From NCBI GenBank assembly GCA_028534125.1, contig CM052816.1, positions 45,696,001-45,760,000 on the forward strand: 64,000 nt of DNA. Direction: 5' to 3'. The position numbers and the translations under genes are program-made. Positions within the stretch are counted from its first letter, which is position 1; every line of letters starts with the position of its first letter. This DNA comes from Lama glama (Eukaryota). The notes beneath the pieces are model-generated. The model was not told the origin of the DNA. It saw only the letters and a program-made list of their open reading frames with translations, and did not search any database. Of the stretch, positions 1 to 11,646 are shown piece after piece.

Positions 1-904
1 ATTTATTTGATTTCATCTATTTTATTTAATTTTAAATTATTTAACATTTTTAGCCCTTCTCTACAGAATGATTTCCTAAACACATAAATCAATGAATGTT
101 CCTTTTTTACCATTAATTAATAAAGATCTTGTAAGTTGGGTATACTTCCAATTACTTACTTAAAATTTTCCACTGTTGACCTACTCTCAGCCAGTCGAGG
201 CACTTCAAGGGAGGCCCTGTCTATCTGAGATGATGGTAGGAGGAGGAAACTCTTCCTTAGATGGACTCTGCCCCTATAACCATTCAACAAAAGGGTGATG
301 TGAACGATGTGTGAGGCTTCCCACCTTTGCAACTTTGAGGGGCCCATAAGCAGAAAGTGTGGGCACGCTGAGGGACTGGAGGGTCTGAGAGGGAGGTGTA
401 GGGTTGCTGAAACTTGATCCTAATGGAACTATAGGGCAGAAGCCAACCCCAAGTGGATGATCATCCCACTTCCAATCAGGAACACCACAACTCCTCTAGG
501 GTCTAGAGAGAAAGTTTAATGCTGGAAATAGAAGGTAGTGCCAAAGATTAGAAGCTAGCTCATCTTAGGAACAATGTTGAAAGGAGAGCAGAAAGGGAGA
601 AAAGAAGAGGGGCAGAATGAGACTGAGTTGAAAGAGACAAAGAACTTTGCCACTGAGTGCTGCCTGCACAACCTCGTTCAAAGATGTAGCACTGGGAGTG
701 GAATTGGGAAGTGGACAGGCACTGTGCGTATTCCAGAACTCAGCAGCCAGTGCAGAATCAGGATCCAAACAAGTGCTTGGACTAGGCTCAGGCTCCCACT
801 GTAGGGGAAGAATTTGCATGGTACTACTAAAAAAATGTCATGTTTCAGTGATAATCTACTCCATACAACAACTGGAAAAATTTGTTTGCAGTTCATAAAA
901 TTGT

Positions 905-1365
905 GTTCAGCACACAATTTTGGACTTTGGGATTTTCATAAGGATTGCATTAAAACTATAGATCCCTTTGAGAAATATTGTCATCTTAACAATCTCAAGT
1001 CTTCCAATCCATGAACACAGCATCAGCATGTCTTTACATTTACTGATGTTTTTCATTTTTTTCAGCATTGTTTTATAGTTTTCTGTGTATGAATCTTGCA
1101 CTTTCTTGGCTAAATATATTCCTAAGTGTTTATTCTTTTTGGTGCTATTATAAATGGAATTATTTTCTGAATTTTCTTTTCAGATTGTTCATTGCGGTAT
1201 ATAGAAATGCCAGTGATATAAAAATTTGTACATTAATATACTTCCATATAGGTATATGAATTAAAGAAAAGTCTGGAAGATGTGAAAAAAATTTTTAAAT
1301 AAAGTAGCTTGGAAACTTAAAAAAAAAAAAAAGAAATGCCAGTGATTTTTATGTGTTGATCTTGT
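905..1365 (-). mobile_element. Old LINE-1 ORF2 fragment, interrupted by a small insertion at 1218-1331
   Basis: Minus-strand translation YTENYKTMLK...CSWIGRLEIVKMTI..YSFNAILMKIP matches the recalled L1 ORF2 RT-distal region. Confidence 0.85.
1218..1331 (+). pseudogene. Short 5'-truncated retroposed poly-A transcript end of unknown source
   Basis: Perfect 15-bp direct repeats AGAAATGCCAGTGAT at 1203-1217 and 1332-1346. AATAAA at 1298-1303 is followed 15 nt later by an A-tract starting at 1319. Confidence 0.8.
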
Positions 1366-1389
1366 ATCCTGCAACATTGCTAAAGGTTG

Positions 1390-2484
1390 CCCTAGTGACA
1401 GGTGGATTCTTGTATTTGCTCTGCATTCAAACTGTTGCTATATATCGTTTTGGCTAAAGTATATGAAGAAAATCCAGCTTCCCACAGATATTCAGTTAAG
1501 ATAGGAAAAAGGATTTTAACAGGTTTTTCAGATAATTGTAGATATTTATCTTTGATACTATATCAAGGCTCAATAAGTAGTGGTTTCTTAAAAGTTAGTT
1601 GCAATGTGGCTTATGAAATTATATCAATAAGTATTTTTTACTTAGTCACATTAAAATCCCTTGGCCTTACACTTTAAATGGATCTTTTATCTGTGTACAA
1701 TACTGTAACATTGTACATTTGAAAGATATTGGTTCACTGAGTTATGCACATTTTCTAAGTGTTGATACTTTTCATTGTATGATATTTGAAAAACCACATT
1801 ATTAAGCACCACAAATTTCATTACAAAATTCTTTGACTTTTGGGAAGCTACCAAATTTAAAGAGGCAATAAAAGTTTTCTAAAATCTAATTTTTGTATGA
1901 GATAAAACTTGAGTTTTATCAATGGTAGCAAACACTGTCTTATTTTCCTTGAAGTAACTGGCTTACTCAGTTCATTTTCAAGGAAATGTTCACCAAATAT
2001 CCAAGTCTTATTACATAGTTTATCTGTCACTCATTCATTCTAGTAAAATTGTGTCCTGTGATAAAAATGGCTTGTACAGCTGCCAACTCAAGCAAGGGCA
2101 CAAGAGATTTTCCTCCCAACAACCCTTGTACTTCGATATGCAGTGGAAGAGCTTTATGCATATTTCTCATTTCATTAGAAAAAATAATAAAAAACAAGTC
2201 AAGGTTTGAGATTTAATAATCAAGGAACATTCTTAAGTAAGCTTTTAAAAAAACTGAGTATGAAGCAGTGGGCAATATAATGACTGCTAATATAATTTGA
2301 TGTGACTGCCTTGATTTATGCTAAAGATGCACTTGAGTACTAATGATAACACAGTGAGCAAGGCAAATAACTTCTTAGAATTATTGCAAAAATACTTTGA
2401 CCATGAGGACTCCCTGAAAGAGTCTTGAGATTGGCAAGACCATCTTTAGAAAAGTGTGGCAGACCACACTTTGATAAAAGCTGG
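1390..2484 (-). mobile_element. hAT DNA transposon relic, Charlie1/Charlie1a-like
   Basis: Recalled Charlie1-like segments (CTGCATTCAAACTGTTGC, GTATATGAAGAAAATC, TTGGTTCACTGAGTTATGCA, TTTCCTTGAAGTAACTGGCT) and terminus GACCACACTTTGATAAAAGCTG. Confidence 0.75.
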
Positions 2485-3799
2485 TATAGCTATTGAAATG
2501 TCAGTTTTGCATAGACTGCTTTAACTTCACAAATGTTGAGAGATGTTACCATTCTTCTCATCATCTCCTTGCTGAAGTTTTCCAGTCCCCAAGCAATACA
2601 TTCAGGTGCTCATTACACACACCCAACCAGCAATAGCAGTTCCTACTTCCAGTTTTGTGAAATTGGAATTTTAATGGCTGAAGGACAGAAATTTAGAGAA
2701 AGAAAGGTGAATATGGCTCAAGGAAGGTAAGATAAGGCGGGAAAAAAAAGATTTACCAAAAACACTTTTGTGTATCCATATCACATTCACATCCAAAATC
2801 GATCCCATCCGACTCCTAAAACCAAATAAAGTAGAAGAGCTATTTACTAGCGCTAACTTGACTTTCTGTTTTACCAGACTAGAATATGCAATGGTTTTAA
2901 CAGCTTTTGTCTTATGAGCAATCATAATATTTTTGTACAAAAATTCATTCAAGCTAATGCCTTCTTTTGCATCAGCATTAATTATAAAGCTTATATAAAT
3001 CATCTTTCACAAAGCCAGGAGTAGCAAACAAGGAATTCTCTTTTGAGGACTGGTATAGTAAAGTATTTCTCTTTCAATGAAATGACTGAAGCACTAAGAT
3101 TAAGAAATCCTTACAAACCGAGTGTTCATTTATACTATGTTATGCTATAGATAACCAAATCTATGGGATAACCGTAAGGACAAGGTAATGAAAGAGAAAT
3201 TAATCACATTGCTATTAATACAAATTGATTCTTCTACAAAATAACAGATTAGATTTAGAATACTTGAAAGGAAAATAAGTCCTTTCCAAAACAGCAGATC
3301 AAAAAAAATGAATTTCAGTGTGTTTCTTCTTAACAGACTGCTCAGTGATCAGCATATATCAATGCCAAACGCTGTTGTGTGGAAACGAAGGAAGGTTCCA
3401 CTACTCTTGCTATATGCCCCATCGAATAAATTCAAGGGCGAAATGCTCTTTGAAGTCAGCAGGCGTTCTTTGCTTCAAATAATTCTGAAGGGATTTAGAA
3501 GCCAGATAGGATTAAAGCTTGGAAAAGGTGGGGGAGGGATCAGCTCAACCTTAACTGTAAATAAAAGAAAACATGGTGAGAAGGGAGAAGAGGAACTTTA
3601 CTTCCATCCAACAATTGTGACAGTGGTAAATCTGGCTTATTTAGAATTTAAAGGGGAGAGAGACTGTAAGTACAGACTCACTAATAAAAGTATACAAAAA
3701 GGAACCAGTGAAAAATATTTTTAAAACCAAAATGGAGCAACCTCAGAGATTTGAGTGAAAAAATAGTCTTTTCATCCAAATTAATCTGACATTTTTTCT

Positions 3800-4468
3800 C
3801 TCTGATTCAAGCCAACCTCCTTCCTGTCCAAGTTACCACAATAGCCTTATAACTGACCTAACTGCTTCTACCCTAGCTCTCTTAAAGGATCCATTTAAAA
3901 GGCAGATCATTTCCTCCTCTGGTCAAAGCCCTCCTGTGGTTTCCCATCTTGCTCCGAGTCCTGGCAATGGCCTGCAAAGCCCTATCTGACTTGACTCCCT
4001 CTAACCTCATGTCCCACTACTCTCATTCCTCATGTAATCCACTCCTGCCTGCTGTCCCTCTGGTACATACACTAGGCATGGGTCTCCTGGACCTGGCACT
4101 TAATTGTTCCTTCTGCCTGGCAAGTTCTCCTCCCAGATGCCAACATGGCTCCCAAACTGAATCTCTTCAGGCCTGTGTTAATCACCTTTTCATCCAGACC
4201 TTTCCTTAACCACCTGATGGCAAATGCAAACTCCCCCCACCCAAGACACCCCAACCTCCTTCCCTACTTACTTTTCCTGCATCAAATTATCACTAAACAA
4301 ACCAATGTTCTATTTATTTATTTTGTTTTTATCTCTTTTCTACCATAGGAATATAAGCTCCATGAGAACAAGAATTTGGGCCTGATTGTTTACTGCATAT
4401 CCCCAGTGCTTAAAACAGGGCTGGAAACACAGTAGGTACTTAATTAATATTTGTCAAATGAATAAATG
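3800..4468 (+). mobile_element. LINE-2 3' end
   Basis: Typical L2 tail: TATAAGCTCCATGAGAACAAG...CCCAGTGCTTAAAACAGGGCTGG...CAGTAGGTACTTAATTAATATTTGTCAAATGAATAAATG. Confidence 0.8.
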
Positions 4469-5962
4469 TAATTGCTGTCTATATTTTGTCAGGTAAGCAC
4501 GACTTTCAGTTTAGGTGTATGCATCTCGCCGGTCTATGATTCTTAATCTGAGTATGGAAGCTTTGCTTTGAACCTCTATCTTGGTTTTTCAAATACTGTT
4601 GGTTAATCTGAGGATTTTCAAGGAAGTAGTCTCTATCTAGAAAGATGTAGTCTAGAATAAGAAAACACTTTCATGTCTTCATTTTGGATATATTTTCCAT
4701 GTAACTCTTCATTTTTTCTTTATGCTTCCCTACCCCTGAGCTTCCTGACTCCATGAGCACATGACTCTATTTTGACTTGCTCTCCACTTCTGGATGCCCT
4801 TACCCAATTCCCTCGACTGGGTCAACCGTCATGTTTTCCTTTGGTGAAGTGGACTCACTTAATTCTGTCTGACCATCATAGGTCTTTGGAGAGTAGGCAC
4901 AATAGCAAGCAAGTTACAGGTTATAGGGCATCCCCCTTCACGATCCATCTGTGTGGCCATAGCGACTGTAAAGTTCACAGGATACAAGGCATTTCATGCT
5001 ACAGTCTACTTACTTATAAACATATACTATTCCTTCTATATGTAACAACTAGCTAAAGAATTTAAGAATAGTATTTGTGAGGCTAGTTTTCATCTAGTAA
5101 TGTTTGTACAGAATAGAGACATTGGAAGTCATCATTCAAGTCATAGTTAATATTCCTGAATTATGTACTTACATTTATAAGAAACTCTGGATTCCTGAAG
5201 TACACTTGACTCTCCTTTTATTCACATTATTGCAGAGCTGTGATTATGATAACCATTCTTTTAAAATCACAGGGTGAATAGCAACTAGGTAGCTCATCTG
5301 GTTTATTTCTAGCAGAACATATCTAAATCATGCAGTCTGGTTTTTTTTCCCAAGACTTCTAGAGAAGAGACACAATAATTTTTCTATACATATATTTTTG
5401 AGGATCAGAGATGAGGGGAGTTTTTTTAGGTTTCATCCCATAATCCAGCTTTAAATTCATTTGAGTTTAAGTATTTCCCTAGTGTACAACAGTCTTTTCC
5501 AGTTCTGCTTCTATAAAGTAGAATAAGAAGGAAAGGCTGATAAAAGGATACAAGAAGGAGCAGAGAGCAAAAAAGGAGAGATGAAAGAAACCTGGCAGAG
5601 GGAAATAAAGAAGAAATATGAAAAGAATTCAATATTCCATTGCTCTTTTATTTTTTGATTTCCAAGAGATTTGATCTGGTTCTTTTCTACAGGCACTCAC
5701 TATTTGAATACAAAGTACAAACAGACTCAGGAATGACTAAGAGATGGATGGTTGACTACTGGCTAACTGTGGATAAAACAAGTCCAGTTATACAACAATA
5801 AAATGTGTTCAGTCTTAATAATTTTATATCATAAAAAGGCACATGGTAATAACATTCAATCTATATAGAGAAGTCTAAGAAAAAAGGCAAAGTTTCCTGC
5901 CATATCTAGTCCTTTTAATCACTGTTAAAAACTCCTTCACTAATTTTCTAGAAAGAAAACTT

Positions 5963-6046
5963 TTTTTTTGGAAGTACTGGGGATTGAACCCAGGACCTCA
6001 TGCATGCTAAGCATGCGCTCTACCACTGAGCTATACCCTCCCCCGC
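5963..6046 (-). mobile_element. tRNA-Ala-derived SINE, camelid Vic-1 type, full length
   Basis: Minus strand GGGGGAGGGTATAGCTCAGTGGTAGAGCGCATGCTTAGCATGCATGAGGTCCTGGGTTCAATCCCCAGTACTTCC plus A-tail. A and B boxes intact. 13-bp TSD AGAAAGAAAACTT at 5950-5962 and 6047-6059. Confidence 0.9.
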
Positions 6047-6102
6047 AGAAAGAAAACTTAAATGCATTTCTCTGCATAGATATATGAATGCGTGTATGAC
6101 CA

Positions 6103-6157
6103 GGGAGGCGGGGTGGAGGGGGGGGACAGGGCGGGCGAGGGGTCGGGGAATGAGGGG
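6103..6157 (+). other. G-rich tract with G-quadruplex-forming potential
   Basis: Eight runs of three or more G with short loops in an otherwise AT-rich background. Confidence 0.6.
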
Positions 6158-8499
6158 TACGCATTTAAAATTTTATTCCAAAGGAATAAGGTCACAACTC
6201 CTATGATGCAATTTACCTTTTCCCCTTTAAAATACATTTTGGAGATCTTTCCATGTGCCTAGTCAGTGAGTATCCATGAGTAAGGAAACTTAGTCTTTTT
6301 AAGCATTGTATCTGCAACGCCTAGAACAAAGGTCTCACATATACTTTTTCTCCAGAAAAAATGTGGTAGGTACATGAATGAATAAATCAGAAAATACAGA
6401 AAAACAACTTCATTGTTTTCAGCAAAAGCGTAATATTTCATTATTTAAATATTCCAGAAATATCCAGTCTGTTACTGATGAATATTCAGAATATTTTCAG
6501 ACTTTTGGCTATCACTGTAGTAAACATTCCTAAACATATCTGTTAAATCTTATATATGTTTATCTGTAAGTGAGTCTCAGGTAATTACTTAGCAATGTAA
6601 TAATTCAATCAGTTTCATTTTTAACTTTGATAGATATTTCCAAGTAACATTCCTAACCAGTTGCATCACTTTATACTCATTAAAATACAATTTTTAATCA
6701 GGGACAAAAAACAAAACCTAAAATGTTTAATGACATAAATTGGAATGACACATTCCTAGGAACTACATATTCTTTCATCTACAGCCTTTTAATGAAAACT
6801 GTGTCAGATGAGCTCTAAAAAACTTGAAAATCCTTACAGCCTTGCTCAGCACTGGGGACATCCTTTCTCTCAAAGATAAAGTACTTGTTCTTACTGGCCA
6901 GCTTTTTGGAACTTGGCCAAAATTCATGGCTAACTGCTTCCTTTGTCTATTCTAATAATAAAATATAATTGTATTATTGCTTTTTGTAAAAAGTTCCATA
7001 ACTGCATTTTGTTAAATATAAATAACGATTCAAGAGCATGCAGATATCATTGAGAAAGTATTTATACAAAGAAAACAGGTAGCAGTCTTGTAGAAGTGCT
7101 TGAAATTCTATCACTTGGGGCTTTCACATGGATTCCACTGCCTATTGACATTAAAATAAGAAAAGTAACCTATATGCAGAAAGAAGGTTGTATTCACATT
7201 AACATTCATGAAGCTGAGCAGCTGAAGCCCTACACATCAAGTAGGGAATATATCCTTTGTCTACTGATGAGAAAATGTCTCAGTGATAAATGGTTACAGA
7301 CAGGGGTGTCATAAGGGCAACAGCACACAGAACAGATCCGACAAACTTAAAAAAAAAATTTTTTTTTAAAAGTCGTCTTCTCCTGCAGTTCTTTTTGTAA
7401 CATTGTGGAGGCAGTGCCTATCCCTTCAAATAAAAGAAAAATATTGCAACGCAGAATTCCTAACCTTTACTGAGGCACTTCCCAGAAAACAAAACAAAAA
7501 AAACCTTTGAAAAAGACTTAAAACAAAGCTTCAAAGGCTTCATGATGAATAAATATTCAGGCATTCTGAAAAGAACTGCGCTGCACCCTGCCTGTTTGGG
7601 CCTAAAATGTATATTGTCATAAGACTGCATGGTCGTCAAAGTGCAAAGTCTGATGTCAACACTGGGAGACAGGCACATGACCAAAACGCTTTACACTGGT
7701 TTACATAAATTCAAACATATTATCATACTTAGTAAATTTTTGAGAAATATATATGAAGTCATGAGTTCGTCACTTAACAAACTAATTTCTCATTGATCCC
7801 AACTGTGACTTGGTAGACTTTAAGTTAATTTTCAAAACAAAGTAAGTTACAATTTGTAGACTGCCTTTTCTCAGTGAGGATAGGAAGCCTGAGAGCCAGG
7901 GCTAGAGGGCAAATTTCCCGGGGCTTAACTCTAGGTGGCTCACTTTCCTCACCTAAAAAAAAAGGCTGAAACAATCGTTCCCTGCCACCAAAGATTTTTT
8001 TCTCCAGTATTTTGTCCCTACTGTAGGAGTCTAGAAGATTCAGCTTGAAGGGTAAGGAGCATAGAACTATCTTAAAAAACATGGATGTCAATACTATGTT
8101 TTCTCAACCCCACAGAAACCACCAGATGCAGAGCGAGAGGAAGAGCACAATAGCCCCCGACAAATCCTCAGCACCTCCCCTCTCAGTGTTTTGTAGACAG
8201 TCTCTGCCAGCGCTGTGTGGACGTAGGACAAAGGCGCAGCCGGCAGGTGGCCCTGGGTCGCAGGGCTCGCCGCGGACTTGACCCAGGAGCAATTACTGGG
8301 GAGAAGGGGCGGGACGAAGGGGCGGGGCGCGGCGGGGCTGGAACGCCGGCGGAATCCCCGCGCCTGCGCGCTCGCGTAGGCCTGTGGTTGGGGAGCCCCG
8401 GCTTCTGGGCTCGCCCTCGCGCCCCCGCCCTCCTCCTCCTCCGGGTCCCTTCCCACCTCCGCCCACTTGACGCGATGACGCACGGCAGGTTTGCGGACG

Positions 8500-8655
8500 T
8501 GGCGGCGGCGCAAGGCCTGAAAGGCGGCGACGTTGGCGGCGGCGGCGGCGGACGTTGGCAGCAGAAAACGGAGGCTCAGCCATGAACTGGCCCGGGACGG
8601 CAGCGGCGGACCTGCTGGCCGTCTCCTCGCTGCGTCCCCACTGCTAAGGGGACAG
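8500..8655 (+). other. LYSMD3: LYSMD3 non-coding exon 1 (5' end approximate)
   Basis: Splice donor CAG|GTAAAG at 8655/8656 inside the CpG island. The first coding exon begins with an acceptor, so an upstream exon is required. The TSS cannot be fixed from sequence. Confidence 0.7.
8582..8647 (+). promoter_or_regulatory. Upstream ORF in LYSMD3 5'UTR, MNWPGTAAADLLAVSSLRPHC*
   Basis: ATG in context CAGCCATGA, 21 codons, TAA ending 8 nt before the exon 1 donor. Confidence 0.6.
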
Positions 8656-10479
8656 GTAAAGATGGCGGCGAGAGGTGTGGGGTGCTCGGTCCCGGCCGGC
8701 TGGGTTGGGCCCCACCTACATCCTCCATGGAGGCGGCTCGGACTCCTCGGCCGCAGATGTGGCCCGGGCAGCCCGCGTGTTAAAGAGTCTTGGAGGCCTG
8801 GGAGACCTTCCAGGCCAGCCCCGCCAAAGCCCCGTGTGTCGGGGAAAGTGAGGCTCACACGAAGGACTCCTACCTGCCCGAATCCCGGCGCAGCGCGTTT
8901 CCAACCCAAACACACTACGTTTCTCCCACAACTTCGTGTTTGTGTTGAAAATTCGCCCACGGCGTCTCGCTCACGTCGTCCAAGTGTGATGGTGTGCCAT
9001 AGAGATCTGAGATTTAATCCTCGCAGGGGATAACTGGGAAAGAAGAAAACTAGACTTGTGGAATGGAGAAGGAAGGAAGTTAAGTTTTTAAAAACTGAAT
9101 TGGCCCGGGCAGATACAGTCCCTGTGATACTGTCCCAGTGCTGAACTTAGCTTGTGCCCTGTGGCCCTTTTATTGCTCCTTGCTTAAGGAATGTCAAAGA
9201 GAAACACCCAAATGCAGTTATGTTATACAGTATGAAGGCGTTTGGGAAATCACTTTCAGTTACAGAGTGACTTGATGAGTAATTTAACACAGTACCTGTT
9301 GGTAATTGCCTTTTGCCACGTATGTCATCTATCTAGTGTGCAGGCTTGTTTCAGTTTTCTGAAGAGGGTTTTGTGCTTTTTTTTTTTCTGCCTTTCGAGA
9401 ATTAAGACAGGTGAAGAGAATTGAGCCAGATGACTTGAATACTGTGTACTTTCTAATCTCTGAAGTTGGCTCAAATAATTATATGCCTAGGCCAGAGTCT
9501 AGCTTTTCACTTCAGTTAGGGACACAACTAATTCTTGATTATTCAGAAACGATGCCTAGTTTGTGGTATTCTGCTGCCTGCGTTTCATTACAAAGGGGAG
9601 TGAAGGGATTGTGTAACAGATCAAGTCCTACTCTTTAAATATTATTTAGCAATATATTGTGGAGAGATGTTGAAATAAATGTCTAAAATGTCTTTTGGGC
9701 ATTGCTGAGTGAAGTTCAGCTATACTAAGCCAGTTTGGGGGTTCTGAGAACAAATTATCAGGGAGAAAAAATCTAAAGGGCAGCTGAATGGGTCCGTATA
9801 GCCACGTGTAAATTGCCATATATTAAGTGGCTCTTAACTTTTTAAACTTTTTGAGAATATGAAAACAATAAAATTAACCAGAAAAATGTATGTCATGTAT
9901 AAAATTTTGTCTAGGAATCTACAGGATTCACAGACATTCCCTCTAATTAAAGACACAGGATAGAAAAGACTTGGTTAGATAATGGAAATAAAACTGTTAA
10001 CTTTTTTAGGTGAAGATAAGATATTCTCAGTGTTTTGAGGAAAAAACAATGTTTTTGAGAAAAAATAAAGCTTTCTTAATTTATTATGGTACTAAAACAA
10101 GTTTAATTTTTACACTTGTTCTAGTTGTCAGTTGATAGAATTCCTTGAAGGAGTAGGTGTGACTTTGAAACTGCTTTTGAGATGTAAAATGTGGGTAGTT
10201 TTCTTTAGTTTGATGGTTGTTGAGTTAGGAACACCAGTACATTGTAATAAATACTGTCGCTCTTGGAGGAATTGGTGAAATTATCTACTTAATATATAGC
10301 TGTTACTTATCTATTTATTCGAGAATTATCATTTATTTAATATAGTGGTACCAACTTTAGCCTGTTGACAATGTTTGACTTCCATTGTACTGTAGGTATT
10401 CAGTAGTGTTGTTATTTCCAAGTTAGGTTTTTAAAACTCATCCCTGAAAGTTAAAAATCAGTGATGTTTATTTTTTACT

Positions 10480-10772
10480 ATTTTTTTTAATTGAAGTACA
10501 GTCAGTTACAATGTGTCAATCTCTGGTGTATAGCACAATGTCCCAGTCATGTATATACATACATATATTCATTTTCATATTCTTCTTCATTAAAGGTTAT
10601 TACAGGACATTGAATATAGTTCCCTGTGCTACATAGAAGAAACTTTTTTTTAAAAATATGTTTTTACATATAGTGGCTAACATTTTGCAAATCTCAAACT
10701 CACAAATTTATCCCTTCCCACCCCGTTTCCCCGGTAATTGTAAGATTGTTTACTGTGTCTGCAAGTCTGTTC
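10480..10772 (-). mobile_element. LINE-1 3'UTR fragment (lineage-specific)
   Basis: T-tract then ATTGAAGTACAGTCAGTTACAATGTG...TTGAATATAGTTCCCTGTGCT...TTTATCCCTTCCC, homologous to the L1 3' end at 40580-40860. Confidence 0.8.
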
Positions 10773-11039
10773 TAGCTATTAGTTATTTATGGGATCTGAA
10801 TAAAAAGCTTTGAGTTTTTAGAGCATTACACTGTTGCCATAGAACAGGGTCAGAAACTGGTTTCCAAGGGTTGAATTCAGTTATGTAAAATAGTTCCCAA
10901 ATTTTATAAGTATGTGTTTACATAGTATATAATCTACTGTCATGTATATTACAAATTCAGACTTTTGGAATAGGTCTTTTCTGATTTTTTTCTTTTTCAT
11001 TTAGTACTTTTCCATAGTACTCACAACTGAACTAAGACC

Positions 11040-11560
11040 TTTGAGACATCATTTTATCTTGGCTTCCACGGCACAACATTTTCATGGTTTCCTCCTCCTC
11101 TGAACACTTCTTTTTCTTCTTTGCAGGCTGATTTTCCTTCATCCAGATACTAAATGTAGCAATTTTCAATGGTCAGTCTTGGATCTTCTTTTTCTTATTC
11201 TGTACTTTGTCCTTCTTGGTAATCTCATCTACACAGCTTCAGTTTCCGCCTATGTGCGGATGAGTCATGAAATTATATCTTGAACCCAGATCTTTCTGAA
11301 TTTGACTATATGACATTCTTTTTGGTGGTCTTAGAGGAATTTATAATCACAGTCACTGACTTCCCTCTGACTCCCATGCTGTTCTAGTGTTACAAATCTT
11401 AGAGAATGGCACCACCATTTACTCAGTGATGTAAATCAGAACTTGGCGTGATCCTTAATTAATTTCCTCTCTTCATATCTGAGTCACATTATTAGGCCCA
11501 AAGTATTTTATCTACTCAAATTCCTCTTAATACCTGTCTACTCTACATCCTTCACAATAA
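11040..11560 (+). mobile_element. LINE-2 fragment
   Basis: TCTTGGCTTCCACGGCACAACATT..., AATGGCACCACCATTTACTCAG...GAACTTGGCGTGATCCTT resemble the L2 3' region. Confidence 0.6.
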
Positions 11561-11646
11561 TTGAGAACAATCTACTACCCTTTTTTATGTGAACAATTAA
11601 TATGAAGCTAAAACTAAATGTGGTATTAATTTTTTACGTTCTTGTA

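Larger units (their letters stand above)
8200..8990. promoter_or_regulatory. LYSMD3: CpG-island promoter of LYSMD3
   Basis: Sharp GC/CpG enrichment. GC boxes (GGGGCGGG) at about 8306-8338, NRF1-like CGCGCCTGCGCG at about 8359-8370, tandem TGACG half-sites at about 8468-8480, (GGC)n at about 8535-8550, YY1-like AAGATGGCGGC at 8659-8669. Confidence 0.9.

Noticed and set aside
300..810. Possible LTR-derived GC-richer segment
   Set aside because: I could not match it to a family or find termini or TSDs.
3308..3724. 138-aa ORF
   Set aside because: No domain similarity or splice context. Length is compatible with chance.
5963..6046. tRNA-Ala(AGC) gene
   Set aside because: Extra 5' bases, an A-tail and a perfect TSD identify it as a SINE.
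8094..9033. Long ORFs of 288, 166 and 122 aa over the CpG island
   Set aside because: Stop codons are scarce in GC-rich DNA. The products are Arg/Pro/Gly/Ala-rich with no recognisable domain and overlap each other.
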